Assembly (NCBI GenBank): GCA_016618085.1
Contig: JABLTG010000002.1
Span: 186,001 to 250,000 of the forward strand
Source: Neovahlkampfia damariscottae
Lineage: Eukaryota
DNA length: 64,000 nucleotides
Direction of reading: 5' to 3'
Under the pieces are notes generated by a model. That model made no database searches. It had not been told where the DNA came from and saw only the letters and a program-made list of their open reading frames with translations. This document shows, one piece after another, positions 50,950 to 63,701 of this stretch. The translations under genes and the position numbers were made by a program. How positions within the stretch are numbered: the first letter of the stretch is position 1; each line of letters opens with the position of its first letter.

Positions 50950-53900
50950 ATGTTTGAATCATTAGTAGCAAACCTGCTGGATAAATATTTAAGTGTCTAT
51001 GTTACAAATTTTGATAAAAATCAACTAAACTTGTCCATTTGGAGTGGTAAAAAAAATTAACACTTAAAAATTAGGTGATGTTGAACTCAAAGGTTTAGAG
51101 ATAAAAGGTTCCGCATTTGATGCATTCAATCTACCCATATCTGTGCTCAAAGGATCCATTGGTCATTTCAAATTAAAAATTCCATGGAAGAACTTGGGTT
51201 CTAGTTCTGTTGTTGTTGAAATTTCAGATGTTTATCTGTTAGTCAGACCAAAAAAAGATTGTACATGGGATGAGAAAGAAGAAATTGAAAAACAAAACAA
51301 ATTGAAACAACACAAACTTGAAGCATTTGAATTATTAAAAACTGAAAAAAAAAAATCAGAAGAGAATAAAAAAGGAGAATCAAAAAACGATCCTGGATTT
51401 ATGGAGAAATTAACAGAAACTATCATTAATAATCTTCAAGTAAAAATTGAAAATGTACATTGTCGTTATGAAGATGTGACTAATGTTCAAGTAAAAAAAA
51501 AAAAAAATTAAAACAATCAAAAGAATCCGATAGTTTTTGGTTTTACATTAGAAAATGTCACTATTGGTTCTTGTAATAGATATTTTGAAAAGACATTCAT
51601 TACAGAAGGTCGGTTGTTATTATTTTAAAAGTTTCTTTTCTAGTCAAAGGAGGAAATGTTTATAAAGTACTTGAATTAAATGGATTATCATTTTATTTAA
51701 ACAATTTTGAATCATCAAAGAAATTATTTTGTCATAGAAAAGATATGAAAATTAATGATTTTATAAAAGAAATGAAATCATTAATTAAAGATCCAACGAA
51801 AAATTTTTTAGTCAAACCTATTAACGGAAATTTACAAGTAACTTTAACTTTAAAATTTTACACTTAAAATAGTTAACTTTACAACAAGGAAATTTATCTT
51901 TTAAAGAACCAAAAGCATTTGCTTCAGTTTTATTTGAAGAGGTCAAAGTTCATTTAGATGATAAACAATATAGAAATTTATTAAATATCATTGAGTACAT
52001 GACAAATTTTGACCAATTAGAAGAATATAGACTATTCAAACCAATTTCAAAATTAACTGAAAAAACAGCAAAACAACATTGGGAATATGTCGTTGAAGTA
52101 TCAAAAAGAGATACAATGAAAAAATATTTTAGTTGGAAAGGAATTATGGAAAGAAGAAAAAATAGAATTGATTATATTGAACTTTATAAAAGAAAACAAG
52201 AAGTTCCATGGTTAGAAAAATTAGAAGGAGAATCATTAGAAAAATTTACAAAAATTGAAAATCAATTGACTTATGAAGATATTATTTTGTAAATCAAAAA
52301 TTAACATTCATTTTTACAGATTTCGTGGTTTATCTCAAGCAGAAATTGATCTTGAAATTTCAAAGAACAAAGAATATGTTAGTTATATTCAAAAGAAACA
52401 ACAAAAAGCACAAGCTTGGTTTAGTTGGGGTGGTGATGATGAAAATGAAGCACCTGCTGTTATGAAAATTTCAGAAGATCAAAGAAAACTTTTATATAAA
52501 GAAATTGGATATACTCAAACTGAAGAAATACAATCATTAAAATATCCTGATGATGTAATTTTTTAAGTCATTTTTAATTCAATTTTTCAGTATGTAAAAT
52601 TTGGAGTTCATGTAAAATTAAAAACTGGTTCAATTTGTTTAAATGACTCAAAAACACAAAATGAAATTATTGATGGAATATTAAGTGTATTAGATGTAGA
52701 TGTTGGTCTAAAAGATAAAAGTACAAAAGTATCTGTTTCTTTGAATGATTTTTCAATATTGGATAAATACACAAAAAATACATTCTTTCCTGAAATTATT
52801 TCACGTGGAAAATCAACAGAAACAATTACATCAAAAGAAAGAAAAAAATTAATTAATGTTGATTTTGAATATATGCCACCTTCAAAAAAATCAGATATTT
52901 TCATGGGTGTTGAGTTGAATAGAACTGATATTATTTTGAATGTTGGTTTAATTCAAAAAATTTGTAAGTTAACAAAAATTAAAACTTAAATCAAGTGGGT
53001 TTCTTTGTTATTCCACCAGAACTAAATTTAGAAAATTTACAAACTCAAGCAGTTCAACAATTTACAAAAATTCAACAACAAGCTCAAACTCAATTACAAC
53101 TTGCAATTGAACAAAAAAAATCAATTGACTTAAGTTTGAAAATTGAAGCACCAACTTTCATTATTCCACATCAATGTGAAAATGAAAATTCTAGACTTTT
53201 AATTTTAGATTTAGGAAAGTTACAAATCAATAGTGATTTAAATATTGAAGAAAGATCAAAAAGAATTCTTGATAAAAAAACAATTGAAAGTGATTATTAT
53301 GATAATTATAAATTAAAAATGGATGAAATTCAAGTAGTAATGTCAAGATTGAGTGAATGGAAAAGTGGTAAAATTGAATCAAAATTGGAAAATCAATTAT
53401 TAGAAAAAGTTACATTTGATTTAGAATTTGGTCAATGTATTACACCAGAAAACGTTAATTTAACAAAAACAAAAATTAACGCAAAAATGTCAAAAGTTAT
53501 TTTCAATTTATCTTCACCAAAGATTGCATTGATTTTAAAAATTTTAAATAATTTTTTGAAGTTAGCTGATAATCCAACTGGTGTTTCTGCAAATAAATTG
53601 ATATTAGAATCATATGTTAACATTCAAATTCCAAATAATGAATGGAAAAGATATTGGGTTGAATTGAGAGAAGGTTTAGGTATTTTACTTTATAAAAGCC
53701 AAAGTGATATTCATCCTTCAGGAAGAATTAATGTTTCAAGTGAAAAATTAACAATACAAACAGTTCAAATTGAAAAAGAAGAAAATGCATTTGAAATTAT
53801 TCTTCCACAAGGTGATTCTGAAGATAAAATTTTCTTCTTTGGATTTAATGATCAATTTGAAAAAGAAAAATGGAGAAAAGCTGTGACTGATTTAGTTTTA

Positions 53901-56900
53901 TCTTATACTTCAAGTTTAATGCTTGCTGGTAAAAAATCAATTGATCTTGAAAATGAAAAGAAAATTGAACAAGAAAATGAAGAAGCTCAATCTGCAACTC
54001 AAAACAAATTCATTGCAAATTTCATTTTAGAAGAGTTTTCAGTATTTTTGAATGATCAAGATTCAGAATCGATTGGAAAAGAGATTCCTTTATGTGGTCT
54101 AGTTTTTAACAAATTGAACATTGATTTTGTTTTAAGAAATTTTGATATGGCTGTAAATATGAGTTTAGTTTCATTGGACATCAAAGATTTATGCAATAAT
54201 GCAAAAGATAAATTCATTTTAACATCATCACATTCAAATGAAAATAATGCTTTGGTTAATTTATCATTAGTTCGTGCTTTAACTGAAAAATCAGATAAAT
54301 ATTCTCCAAATGCTGAATCTGTGATGAAATTAAAACTAAATGATGTTGATATATATTTTGATCCTTATACTCTATCAATCATTGTTAAAATGTTATTTGA
54401 TTTAATTGAAGTTTTTCGAAAACTTGAAAGTAGACAGAACTACTATTCAGTGAATGATAAATCTTCAACTGGAAAAATTGCAATCGGTGATCAAGTTAGA
54501 AGTTCATTTCAATTATTTGCAGTGATGGATTCAATGAAGTTAACACTCGTAGATTATGGAAGTATCTTTGCAAGTGCATCTTTGAAAGCAGCACAACTTG
54601 AATTATTGATTGGAAGTAAAAAAATTAATGTAGTTGGTGATCTTGGTGATTTGGTAGTTTTTGATCATGATCCTGAAACTCTTTACAAAGAAATCTTGGG
54701 ATTAAAAAACAAACAAAGTTCATTAGTTCAATTTGAATATAATCAAAATCTTCAATCATCCAACATTAAAGATCCTATTTATACAAAGCTATTAAAAATC
54801 AAATTCAATTCAGTCAAAGCAGTTTATCTCAATAGATTGATTAGAAAAAGTTCTGTTTATTTTGGATCTGGTCCTTTGATGGATGCTTTAAGTGAAGGAA
54901 CAAAAAGATTAGCAAAAAAAGCATATGAAGTTGTTGTTGCTCAAAGTAATTCAATTGAGATGTTTCAAATAGATCTTGAGTTCATTGAACCTTTGATTAT
55001 TGTTCCTGCAGGTTATAAATCTTCGGATAAGATCATTGGAAATCTTGGTCAAATTACAGTTAAAAATATATTGGAAAAAGTTACTGAAAGAAAAGAAGAG
55101 GGAACAGGAAGAATTATCAAATTTAAATCAACGAATTGGATTGAAAATTATGTAGTTTCATTGAATAATATGAATTTAAAAACAAAAATTTCTCAAAAAG
55201 AAACTAATGTGCTCAACAATACAAACATCATTATGGAAATTAGAAGAAGTGTTGTAAATCCAAATAAAGAAATATTGGCAATGCATTTCAGTATGGAAAT
55301 TTCACAAGTGAGTATCATTTTATCACAAATACAATATCAATTTATTTTTAGATTTTTGGAAGGTAATATCAATGATACTGCAGGAGTTGAAACAAATACA
55401 AATACAACAACTCAAATCAAACAAACGTCTGAAGATGTTGTGGGTACTTTAGAAAATAAATCAACAGTAAAAGAAGAGATTGAAGAAGAAACAGCAATTA
55501 AAATTAGTAGTTTGTTTCAAATTCATTTTCCTAAAGTAAATTTGACTTTATTACGTGGAAAGGGAGTGAATAAACTTGGACAAGAAAATCCTATTGCTCA
55601 ATTGAATATGGTGGATTTTAAATTTCTTTGGAAAACAAGAAATGATGGTTCAACAGAAGGTGCAATTAATCTATTAGGAATTTCTGCATTTGATAAAAGG
55701 ATTGAAGCAAATGAATTGAATGTTTTTAATGAATTTATTAAAACTGGAAAATCAAGTGAAAAATCACAAAATTTTATTGATTTTTCATTTTCAACTTATA
55801 AAAATGGAGATAAAGTATTGAATCTCGATTTAGGAACACCTAGAATTGTATTTGTTCCAGAGGTTGTAGTTGAAATCAAAAACTTTTTTGCTGATACTCA
55901 AACAAAACAAAAACAAAGAGTTATTGATAGATTCAAAAAAGAAAACAGTTCAACTGCTCCAACAATGACTGGTGATCTTCATTTAAGTACAAATACTTGG
56001 TTGGGAGAAGATATTCATTTAACAACTGATCGTAAATTGTATATTGATAAAAATGATTCAGGTATGGTAACTTTAGATGGATCAGGTTTTAAAATGATAT
56101 TTCATCGTTCAAAAAATGAAACATTCCAAACTCAGCCATTAGTTTATATTGCTCATGGAATGACATTAAAAGTTCAAAATCTAAAAATTGAATATTTTGG
56201 TTCTCTTGAAAAAGCTGTTTCTTATGGTACTAATAGTAAATTGATTGCACCTGCAACATTAGGTGTTACAAGAACTAAATTGGATGATTCGTCAGAAACA
56301 CCAATGCCAACAATTCAAAAAACTGATGAAGAAATTGAAAGGGAAGCTTCTTCTTCAAGATTAAGTTTCTCAGGTACTTTTGGGAATCCACAAATTTTGT
56401 TTCCAGAAAAATCAACAGACAAAGATTCAAAGATTCTTGTGGTTCAATTAAGCGTTGATATGTTTTATAATCAAACAAATAATCAAAAAGATGCTTCTTT
56501 AAATTTAAATAATGTAACAGTTTTTGTTGAACATGAAGATCATGACCCTGAAAACTCTGCTCCAATTGTTGAACCTGTTCAAATTACTGCTGATATGCAT
56601 AGTCAAATTATTGATCACTTGGATTCAATGATTGTGAAAGTAAATGTTGGAAATGAGGTCATTTCAAGAATTTCTTATCAAGATGTAAAAATGATCACAA
56701 CAATTGCTCAATCATACAACAAAAAAGATTCAAAATTGATCAAAAGAAAAAAATCTGTAAAAGTTGAAGAGGAAGAAGAAGAAGATATTATTTCTGGTTC
56801 AACCACAGATGATGATGATGATGAATTTAAAGACATTGAATCTGATGAAGATGAAGATGATGATGAATTTAAAGATATTGAAGATGATGAAATTGATGAA

Positions 56901-59900
56901 GATGATGTTGAAGTGAATAATCAAAAATCAGATACTTTAACAGAAGATAGCAATAACAGATATGATATTTTCTTCAATTCTGACAATTTATCAATTTTGG
57001 TAGTTGATGATATTCAAGGACTAGATAGACCATTGATTGATTTTCAATTGGTCAAATGCTTCATTAATGCATCAATTTTGAAATCAAAAACAACAACAAT
57101 TAGTGCATCATTGAATTTTGAAGTATTTTCTGATTATTATAATTTAAGACATGCAACCTGGGAACCAATTTTAGAACATTGGGGATGTTCTTTATCATTT
57201 GGTCAAAAACCAACAAATGATCCTCATGTTCCAAGTTGTTATGAAGTTTCAGTTCAACCTTTAAGAAAAAAAACCAAATCTGACTCGGATCATAATAAAA
57301 CTAAAAATCCATTATTGATTAATGTAACAAAAACAATGCTTGATACAATTACAACAACAGCAACACTTTGGAAAGAAGGTTTAACAGGAAAGTATGCAGT
57401 TTCAAAAAAATTCTTACCTTATTTAATTAAAAATCAATCTGGAATGGATTTGAAATTTTCAAAAATGGAAACCAAAGATAAAATGGTAACATTAAAAACT
57501 GGTGAAGAATATGGATTTAATTTTCATTTCAAAAGAAGTGAAAAACAGAACACAATGATTTTATTACAAATTGACGAATTAGAATCCCAAACAATTGATA
57601 TCCAAAAAGTTACTAAATTTGTATTATGTGATGATAAAAAAGAAATTGTAATTTTCATTGAAATTGAATTGATTGATGGAAAGAAAATAATCAATGTTAG
57701 AAGTGGTCTTAGAATTCATAACACAACTAGTATTACTTGGACTGTTGGTGTGACACATGATGGTGATAACTATATAGATATTGGTGATGTTAAACCAGAT
57801 GATCATATTGCAATTCCAATACAACATATATTAAAAGGTAGTTTAGCTGTAAAACCAACTGATTTCAAAATATATGGATATTCACCTTATGGACCTGGTG
57901 TTTTATTTGTTGAATTAATGAAATTAAATTCAGGTGGATTTAGATTAATTGAATCAAGATCAACCAATCCTAGGGAACCTGCATTAGCATTTTATGTCGT
58001 GATCAAAGTATCATCAGGTAAAACAATTAATCCAGAAAAGAGAATAGAATTAAATCAAAATCCCTATTTATTTCAAAAATATGATTATACTATTCAATTA
58101 AGAACACCAATGGCATTTGAAAATTTATTAGGATGTCCTTTGGAGTATGAAATTTATGATAAAAGAACTTGGGAATCAAAAAGTATGAAAGTTGCTGATG
58201 GTAAACTTGATAGAGGTGAAAGAATTTCATTGTATACAACAAATTTAAAAAATATTATGTTATTGAAATGTAAATTACCAGGAAGTTGGAAAATTATAAA
58301 TATGGCAGTTATTTATACAAGTTCACAAAAATCTGATAAACCATTATCAACTTCTTTACCATTATTTGAAGAAGATGATGTTGATAAAAATCAAAACAAA
58401 ATTGATTTGTTATTTGATTATGGTTATAATTCTGAATATGCATTTAGAGAAGTTTTAGTTTATGTTACTCATTGGATCATAAATAGAACTAATTTGAAAT
58501 TCACTATTAAAGATAATATGAGTTTAGTTGCAGGTCAAAATCAAAAAGAAAAAAAGAATGATCCTTTGATGTTTACTTTTAAACAAAACTCAAATGCAAA
58601 AAAAATATCAGTTTCAGTTGAAAAATCAGAATTCTCAAATCAATTCTCAATTGATAATGTTGGAACTGATGGTAATTTAACTTTAAAATCAGAAAAAAAT
58701 CGATTTGATATTGGATATACAATTTCATTGGCTCCTGGAAAATTCAATAGAACAAAAATTGTTACATTCTCATCTAGAATTGTTTTAGTCAATAAAACAG
58801 AAGAAATAATTACTTTTGCTCAATTTGAATCTGAAAGCTTATTAAATTACACATTAAAACCAACAGAAAGAGTTGATTTTTATTGGCCAGATTTAAAATC
58901 ACAAGATCCAAAATTATGTTTAAAAATTGAACAAGAAAATCAATCAAAATCAAAATTTTCAAATCCATTTGCTATTAACTCATTAGGTGAAATTCCAATT
59001 AAACTCTCAAATATCATTATTTCAATTCAAGTTTTATTTGAAAATGGATCCATTTTTGTGGTTGTACTTTCACCTGAAAAACCACCTTATTTAATTGATA
59101 ATAAAACTGATGAAGATGTCAAAATTTATCAAATTAATGTTCCAAATAAATCAATGAAAGTGCAAAAACAAACTCAACAAGAGTATTGTTGGGAAGATAA
59201 TTTAGGACCTCACACAATTGTTGTTTCAATTTTAAATCATACAATTCAAATGGAATTAGATAAAGTAACTAAAGAAAAGAAATTACCAATTGATAATGAA
59301 AAAAAATTATATGTTTCTGTTTTAGCAAAAGGACCAACCAAAGTGTTAAGAATATCAGCCAATCCAAAAGAAGATACCTTCAACGAAAAAGATTCAATTG
59401 AAACATACTTATTTTTTATTTCTGCATTTTTAGATGGAATTGGTATTTCATTAATTGATAATACACCAATATTACCTCAAGAATTAGCATTTCTTTATGT
59501 TGAAGATTTAGATTTAAAATTATCACAAACTGAAAAGAGAAGATATTTTGATGTGAAAGTTGAAAGATTAGAAATTGATAATCAATCCAATCATGCATTA
59601 TTTGATGTTTTATTTTCATCATCTAGAAAACAAGAAAACAAAGAATTCATTCATTTAAGTGTTTCACAATCATTAGAAGAAACTTCAATATATTATGTTC
59701 CTTATTTTTCATTTGCAATGCAAGAAGCTGTTATTCAAATTGATTATGTTTTTATTAATGAATTTTTGAATTATATTGATAATTTAATTACATCATCAGA
59801 TGAAGAAGATAAAAAAGCAGTTCAAAAAGTATTAGATTCAATTGTTGAACCTTCAATTGAACCAACAAATTCAAAGAAATTTTATTTTTCATTATTAGAA

Positions 59901-61100
59901 TTACATCCAATCAAAGCAATTGTAACATTCAAATATAATAAACCAAAAGGTGAAGAAATTTCAAATAATCCAGTGATGTTAGTTTTGGACACATTAGGTG
60001 TTACCCTATTGGCTAATATTGACGAAGCTGCATTATGTTTAAATCCATTAATTTTATCAGATCCATTTGAAACAAAAGATTCTTTAATTCAAAAAATCAA
60101 AACTCATTATACAAGATCTGTTACAACTGAATTTTATAAAATTTTAGGTTCTCTTGATGTAATTGGAAATCCAGTTGGATTATTCAATGATTTAACAACA
60201 GGTGTAAAAGATTTCTTTTATGAACCTGCAAAAGCTATTTATTTAGTTCAAGAACCTGAAGATGTCACAAAAGGAATTAAAAAAGGTACAATTAGTTTAT
60301 TCACAAATTCTCTTCATGGAACATTTAACACAGCATCAAAAGTTACTGGATCAATTGGACAAGGTTTAAGTTTCTTAACATTTGATGAAAATTATATTAG
60401 AGAACATCAAAAACAATCAACTTCAAAACCTAATGATATCAGACAAGGATTATTGGACGGTTCAGAAGCATTTGCAAAATCAATTTATGAAGGAGCAACT
60501 GGATTATTTACAAAACCTATTGAAGGTGCAAAAGAAGAAGGAGCATTCGGTTTATTGAAAGGATTTGGTAAAGGATTAATTGGTATTCCTGTAAAACCTG
60601 TTGCAGGTTTATTTGATTTTGCAACAAAAACAACAGAAGGAATTTCAAATGTTCGAAATTATTTTGATACAGAACATCGTGGTAGAGTTAGATTACCAAG
60701 AACATTTTCAAAAGAAGGTCTTTTAATTCCATATTCACCTGCTGATTCATATGCACAATATTTATTATCAAATATTTCAAATGGAATGTTTCAAAATCAA
60801 AAAACTTTATATCTTTTTGAAAATGAAAAAGAAACAATCATTTTATTAACCAATCAATCTTTAATTTGTGTTAAAAAAGCAACAATTTCACTTGAATGGA
60901 GAATTGATATTCATACCATTAGACATTATACAAGAGAAAAAGATGGTGCTATTTTAGTCATTTATCCTCAAACATCTTATAAAGATGGTTCAAGAAGAGT
61001 TTATAATCAAAATCCACATAAAATGGAAACTTTTTGTTCAAAATTAGATGTAGAAATGGAGAAATGGTCATTAAGAAAAAGTCAAAAAGTGATGAAATAA
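50950..61100 (+). CDS. VPS13: VPS13 bridge-like lipid transfer protein; 7 introns, all in the first ~2 kb
   Basis: [15 protein letters not shown] chorein-[57 protein letters not shown]. Confidence 0.95.
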
Positions 61101-61106
61101 AAATTT

Positions 61107-62227
61107 TTAATTCAAGTTTAATCTTCCACTTTGCCATGCAATACCACATTTATTACATAAAGATTTTTCACCTGCTGGTCCTTTTCTCATTAATGGTGTA
61201 TCATTTTCTGAAACTCCACAATGTGAACAAATCAATAATGATTTCATTGTTGAAGAAGAAATACTTTTTGATATTAAATCATAATCAGTTGTAGTTGTTG
61301 AATTACCATGTCTTCTTTTATATCTCAATCTTCTATCTTCTTTGGCTGATAATTCATTAATTTGATGTTTATTCAATTTTGAAATACTTGGTGACCAATC
61401 ATCAATTTCACTTGAATCTCTAACAAAATCACCTTCTTTAAACATATCTCTAAAATCACAAGTTGTTGATTTTGTTGATGCACCACCTTCTAGAATTCTT
61501 TCCATATGTAAAATAATTTGTTCATGCATTGAATATGAAATTAATGGAACAAACTCTTTTATAAGTTTCATATCTGTGATAAATTGATTTGCAAACATTT
61601 CAGGTGTATAAAATTTGTTACATAAATCCCATTCAAATTTATCTTTCAATTGATAATCACCTAATCGAATATCAATTACTATTGGTACTAAAATTGATTT
61701 GTCATTAGTTTCTGTATCAAGTGATTTTAATTCTTCTTCTGAAACTGAAGGTGCTGAAAATATATTATAATATTTGGTTAATTGATCTTGTACATTTTGA
61801 AATATTTTTTTTTCAACTTTTTCTGGTATATTTTTTTCTAAACAATAAAATTCAATAAATTCAGGTAGATATTTTGAATTCTCACTTAAATTGTATAAAA
61901 ATGTATCTCTGATTGAATCTTCAATAATATTGATTGGCACTAAGAAATCATTTTTTTGAATTTTTTCATTGATGATTTTTAAAATTAATTTTTGTTGAAA
62001 TTCCAATTTTGGTGCTATGAATTTGGCCATTTTTTGAAGTCTGTATGTTTGTCTTTCAGGTGGTCTTTTTTTTTTAGTTTTTTTTTTTTTTACTTGTATT
62101 CTGGATGTAAAGTGGTACATGCTTCAATTGTCGTTTTTTTACTGAGAAATTTACCACCTGGGCCTCTTGCTCTTCTTGTAGCATGTATATGTCTTGATTC
62201 ATATTGATACTCTTTTCTCTTCACCAT
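61107..62227 (-). CDS. NF-YA-like motif + SNF5/INI1 repeats + GATA zinc finger protein; 1 intron (62093-62065)
   Basis: Exon 1 YQYESRHIHATRRARGPGGKFL; LVPIVIDIRLGDYQLKDKFEWDL..PEMFA; CSHC-X20-CNKC. Confidence 0.8.
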
Positions 62228-62278
62228 GATTCGTAAAATCTGTTTGATGTTTTATCCAATCAAAAACTTTTTTAAATT
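62228..62278. promoter_or_regulatory. Putative 51-bp bidirectional promoter with CCAAT box
   Basis: Divergent ATGs at 62227(-) and 62279(+); ATCCAATCA near 62254-62262. Confidence 0.6.
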
Positions 62279-62653
62279 ATGAATCAGTTGGAAAAGAGAA
62301 ATTGGAAAAAAGGTGAACTTTATATAGTTGGTACATTCACTTTATTTGTAATCATAAGTATTATATTTGTTGTTTCCGCACCAACAGGACCTCCATCAGG
62401 AATGGAAGGAAGAATTGACTCATACAAGTCTGAAATGAGAGAAGAACCAATTCAACAACAACATGAAAAAGGATACAATCAAATAAAAAAACAAAAATTA
62501 AAAAACAAATTAAAACAAATAAAAAAACAAAAAAAACAAAAAAAACAAAAATACAAACATGAAGGTGTTGGTGAACATTTAGAAAATAAAAAACAAAAAA
62601 ATTTTGAAAATGAAAGACAACCTGATGAATATGAATCAAATGAAGAAGAATAA
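62279..62653 (+). CDS. Small single-TM hypothetical protein
   Basis: LYIVGTFTLFVIISIIFVV TM followed by a K/Q-rich tail; stop sits within AATAAA. Confidence 0.55.
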   Translation: MNQLEKRNWKKGELYIVGTFTLFVIISIIFVVSAPTGPPSGMEGRIDSYKSEMREEPIQQQHEKGYNQIKKQKLKNKLKQIKKQKKQKKQKYKHEGVGEHLENKKQKNFENERQPDEYESNEEE

Positions 62654-62691
62654 ATGAAAACCTTAATGAAACATTTTGTTTACATATTTAT

Positions 62692-63638
62692 TCAATCAGA
62701 ATCAAAATGAATATCAAAAGAATCATCTAAATTTTGTTCTTGTTCTTTTTTGAATTGTAAGATGTTACATTGAATTTCAACACTTTTGTATTCTTTTTTC
62801 TTTTCATTTTTTAACTGTAATTCATTTCTTAATAGTTCAATCTCTTTTTGTAATGATAAATTTTCTGATTTCAAAATTAAACATCTTTCAAAAATTTCTG
62901 TTTCTTTTTTTTTTGGTGAATTTTCATCACTAGAATCTTATTTTAAAGATAAACAAAATGAATTCAAATTTACCTGATATTTGAATTGGTTCATCTTCAA
63001 AAGAAATTTGTGATTGAATTTCTTGTCTTTGTTTTGGAGGTGTTGATTTTTTTGTTACCTCATCATTTGATATTCTACCAACAATTTCATAATATTCATA
63101 AACTTGTTTTGTCTTGTCAATTCCATCACTTTTTTTTGTGATTAGTTTATCAGTAATTACTCAATAAATATAACTTTGGATTTAGATTTTTTTTGTGATT
63201 TTTACTTTGATTTTGAGATTCTTTTTCTTGTTTTTCTTCCACTTGAGAAATAAACGAGTTTGAAGTTTTTTCAAAATCTTGTTGATCAATTTGAGAATCT
63301 ATTGAAGTATCACTATCCTCTGATGACTCTATTTCTTTTAACTCTCTTTTTTTTGGTCGTTCTTTTTTTTTTTTTTTAAACAATCGTTTTTTTTTACTGC
63401 TTAACGATAAAATATCAATTGATGTTTCTTGTGGTGGAAAATAATATTGTAATTGATTCTCTTTTGGTTTATCTTGTTTTTGTCGTTTTTTTTTTTCAAA
63501 AAAATCGGATTGTTTTTGTTGCAATGTGGTTTTTCCAACTTTAACTTTCCTCCTTATTCAAATAAATCATCTTAATATTACCTAACTCCACCTAAAAGTA
63601 AATAACTACCAGTCAACTTTACCTGTCCACCTGTTCAT
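62692..63638 (-). CDS. HEIP1/REDIC1 (C12orf40)-like protein; several introns including a 10-nt microexon
   Basis: Spliced N-terminus MNRWTGGVRRKVKVGKTTLQQKQSDFFEKKKRQ; remainder low-complexity. Confidence 0.6.
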
Positions 63639-63701
63639 GAACGAAACTTGAAAATTGAAATAATTGGTCAAAAAAATCGTGTTTTGAGAAGAATTTTTTA
63701 T

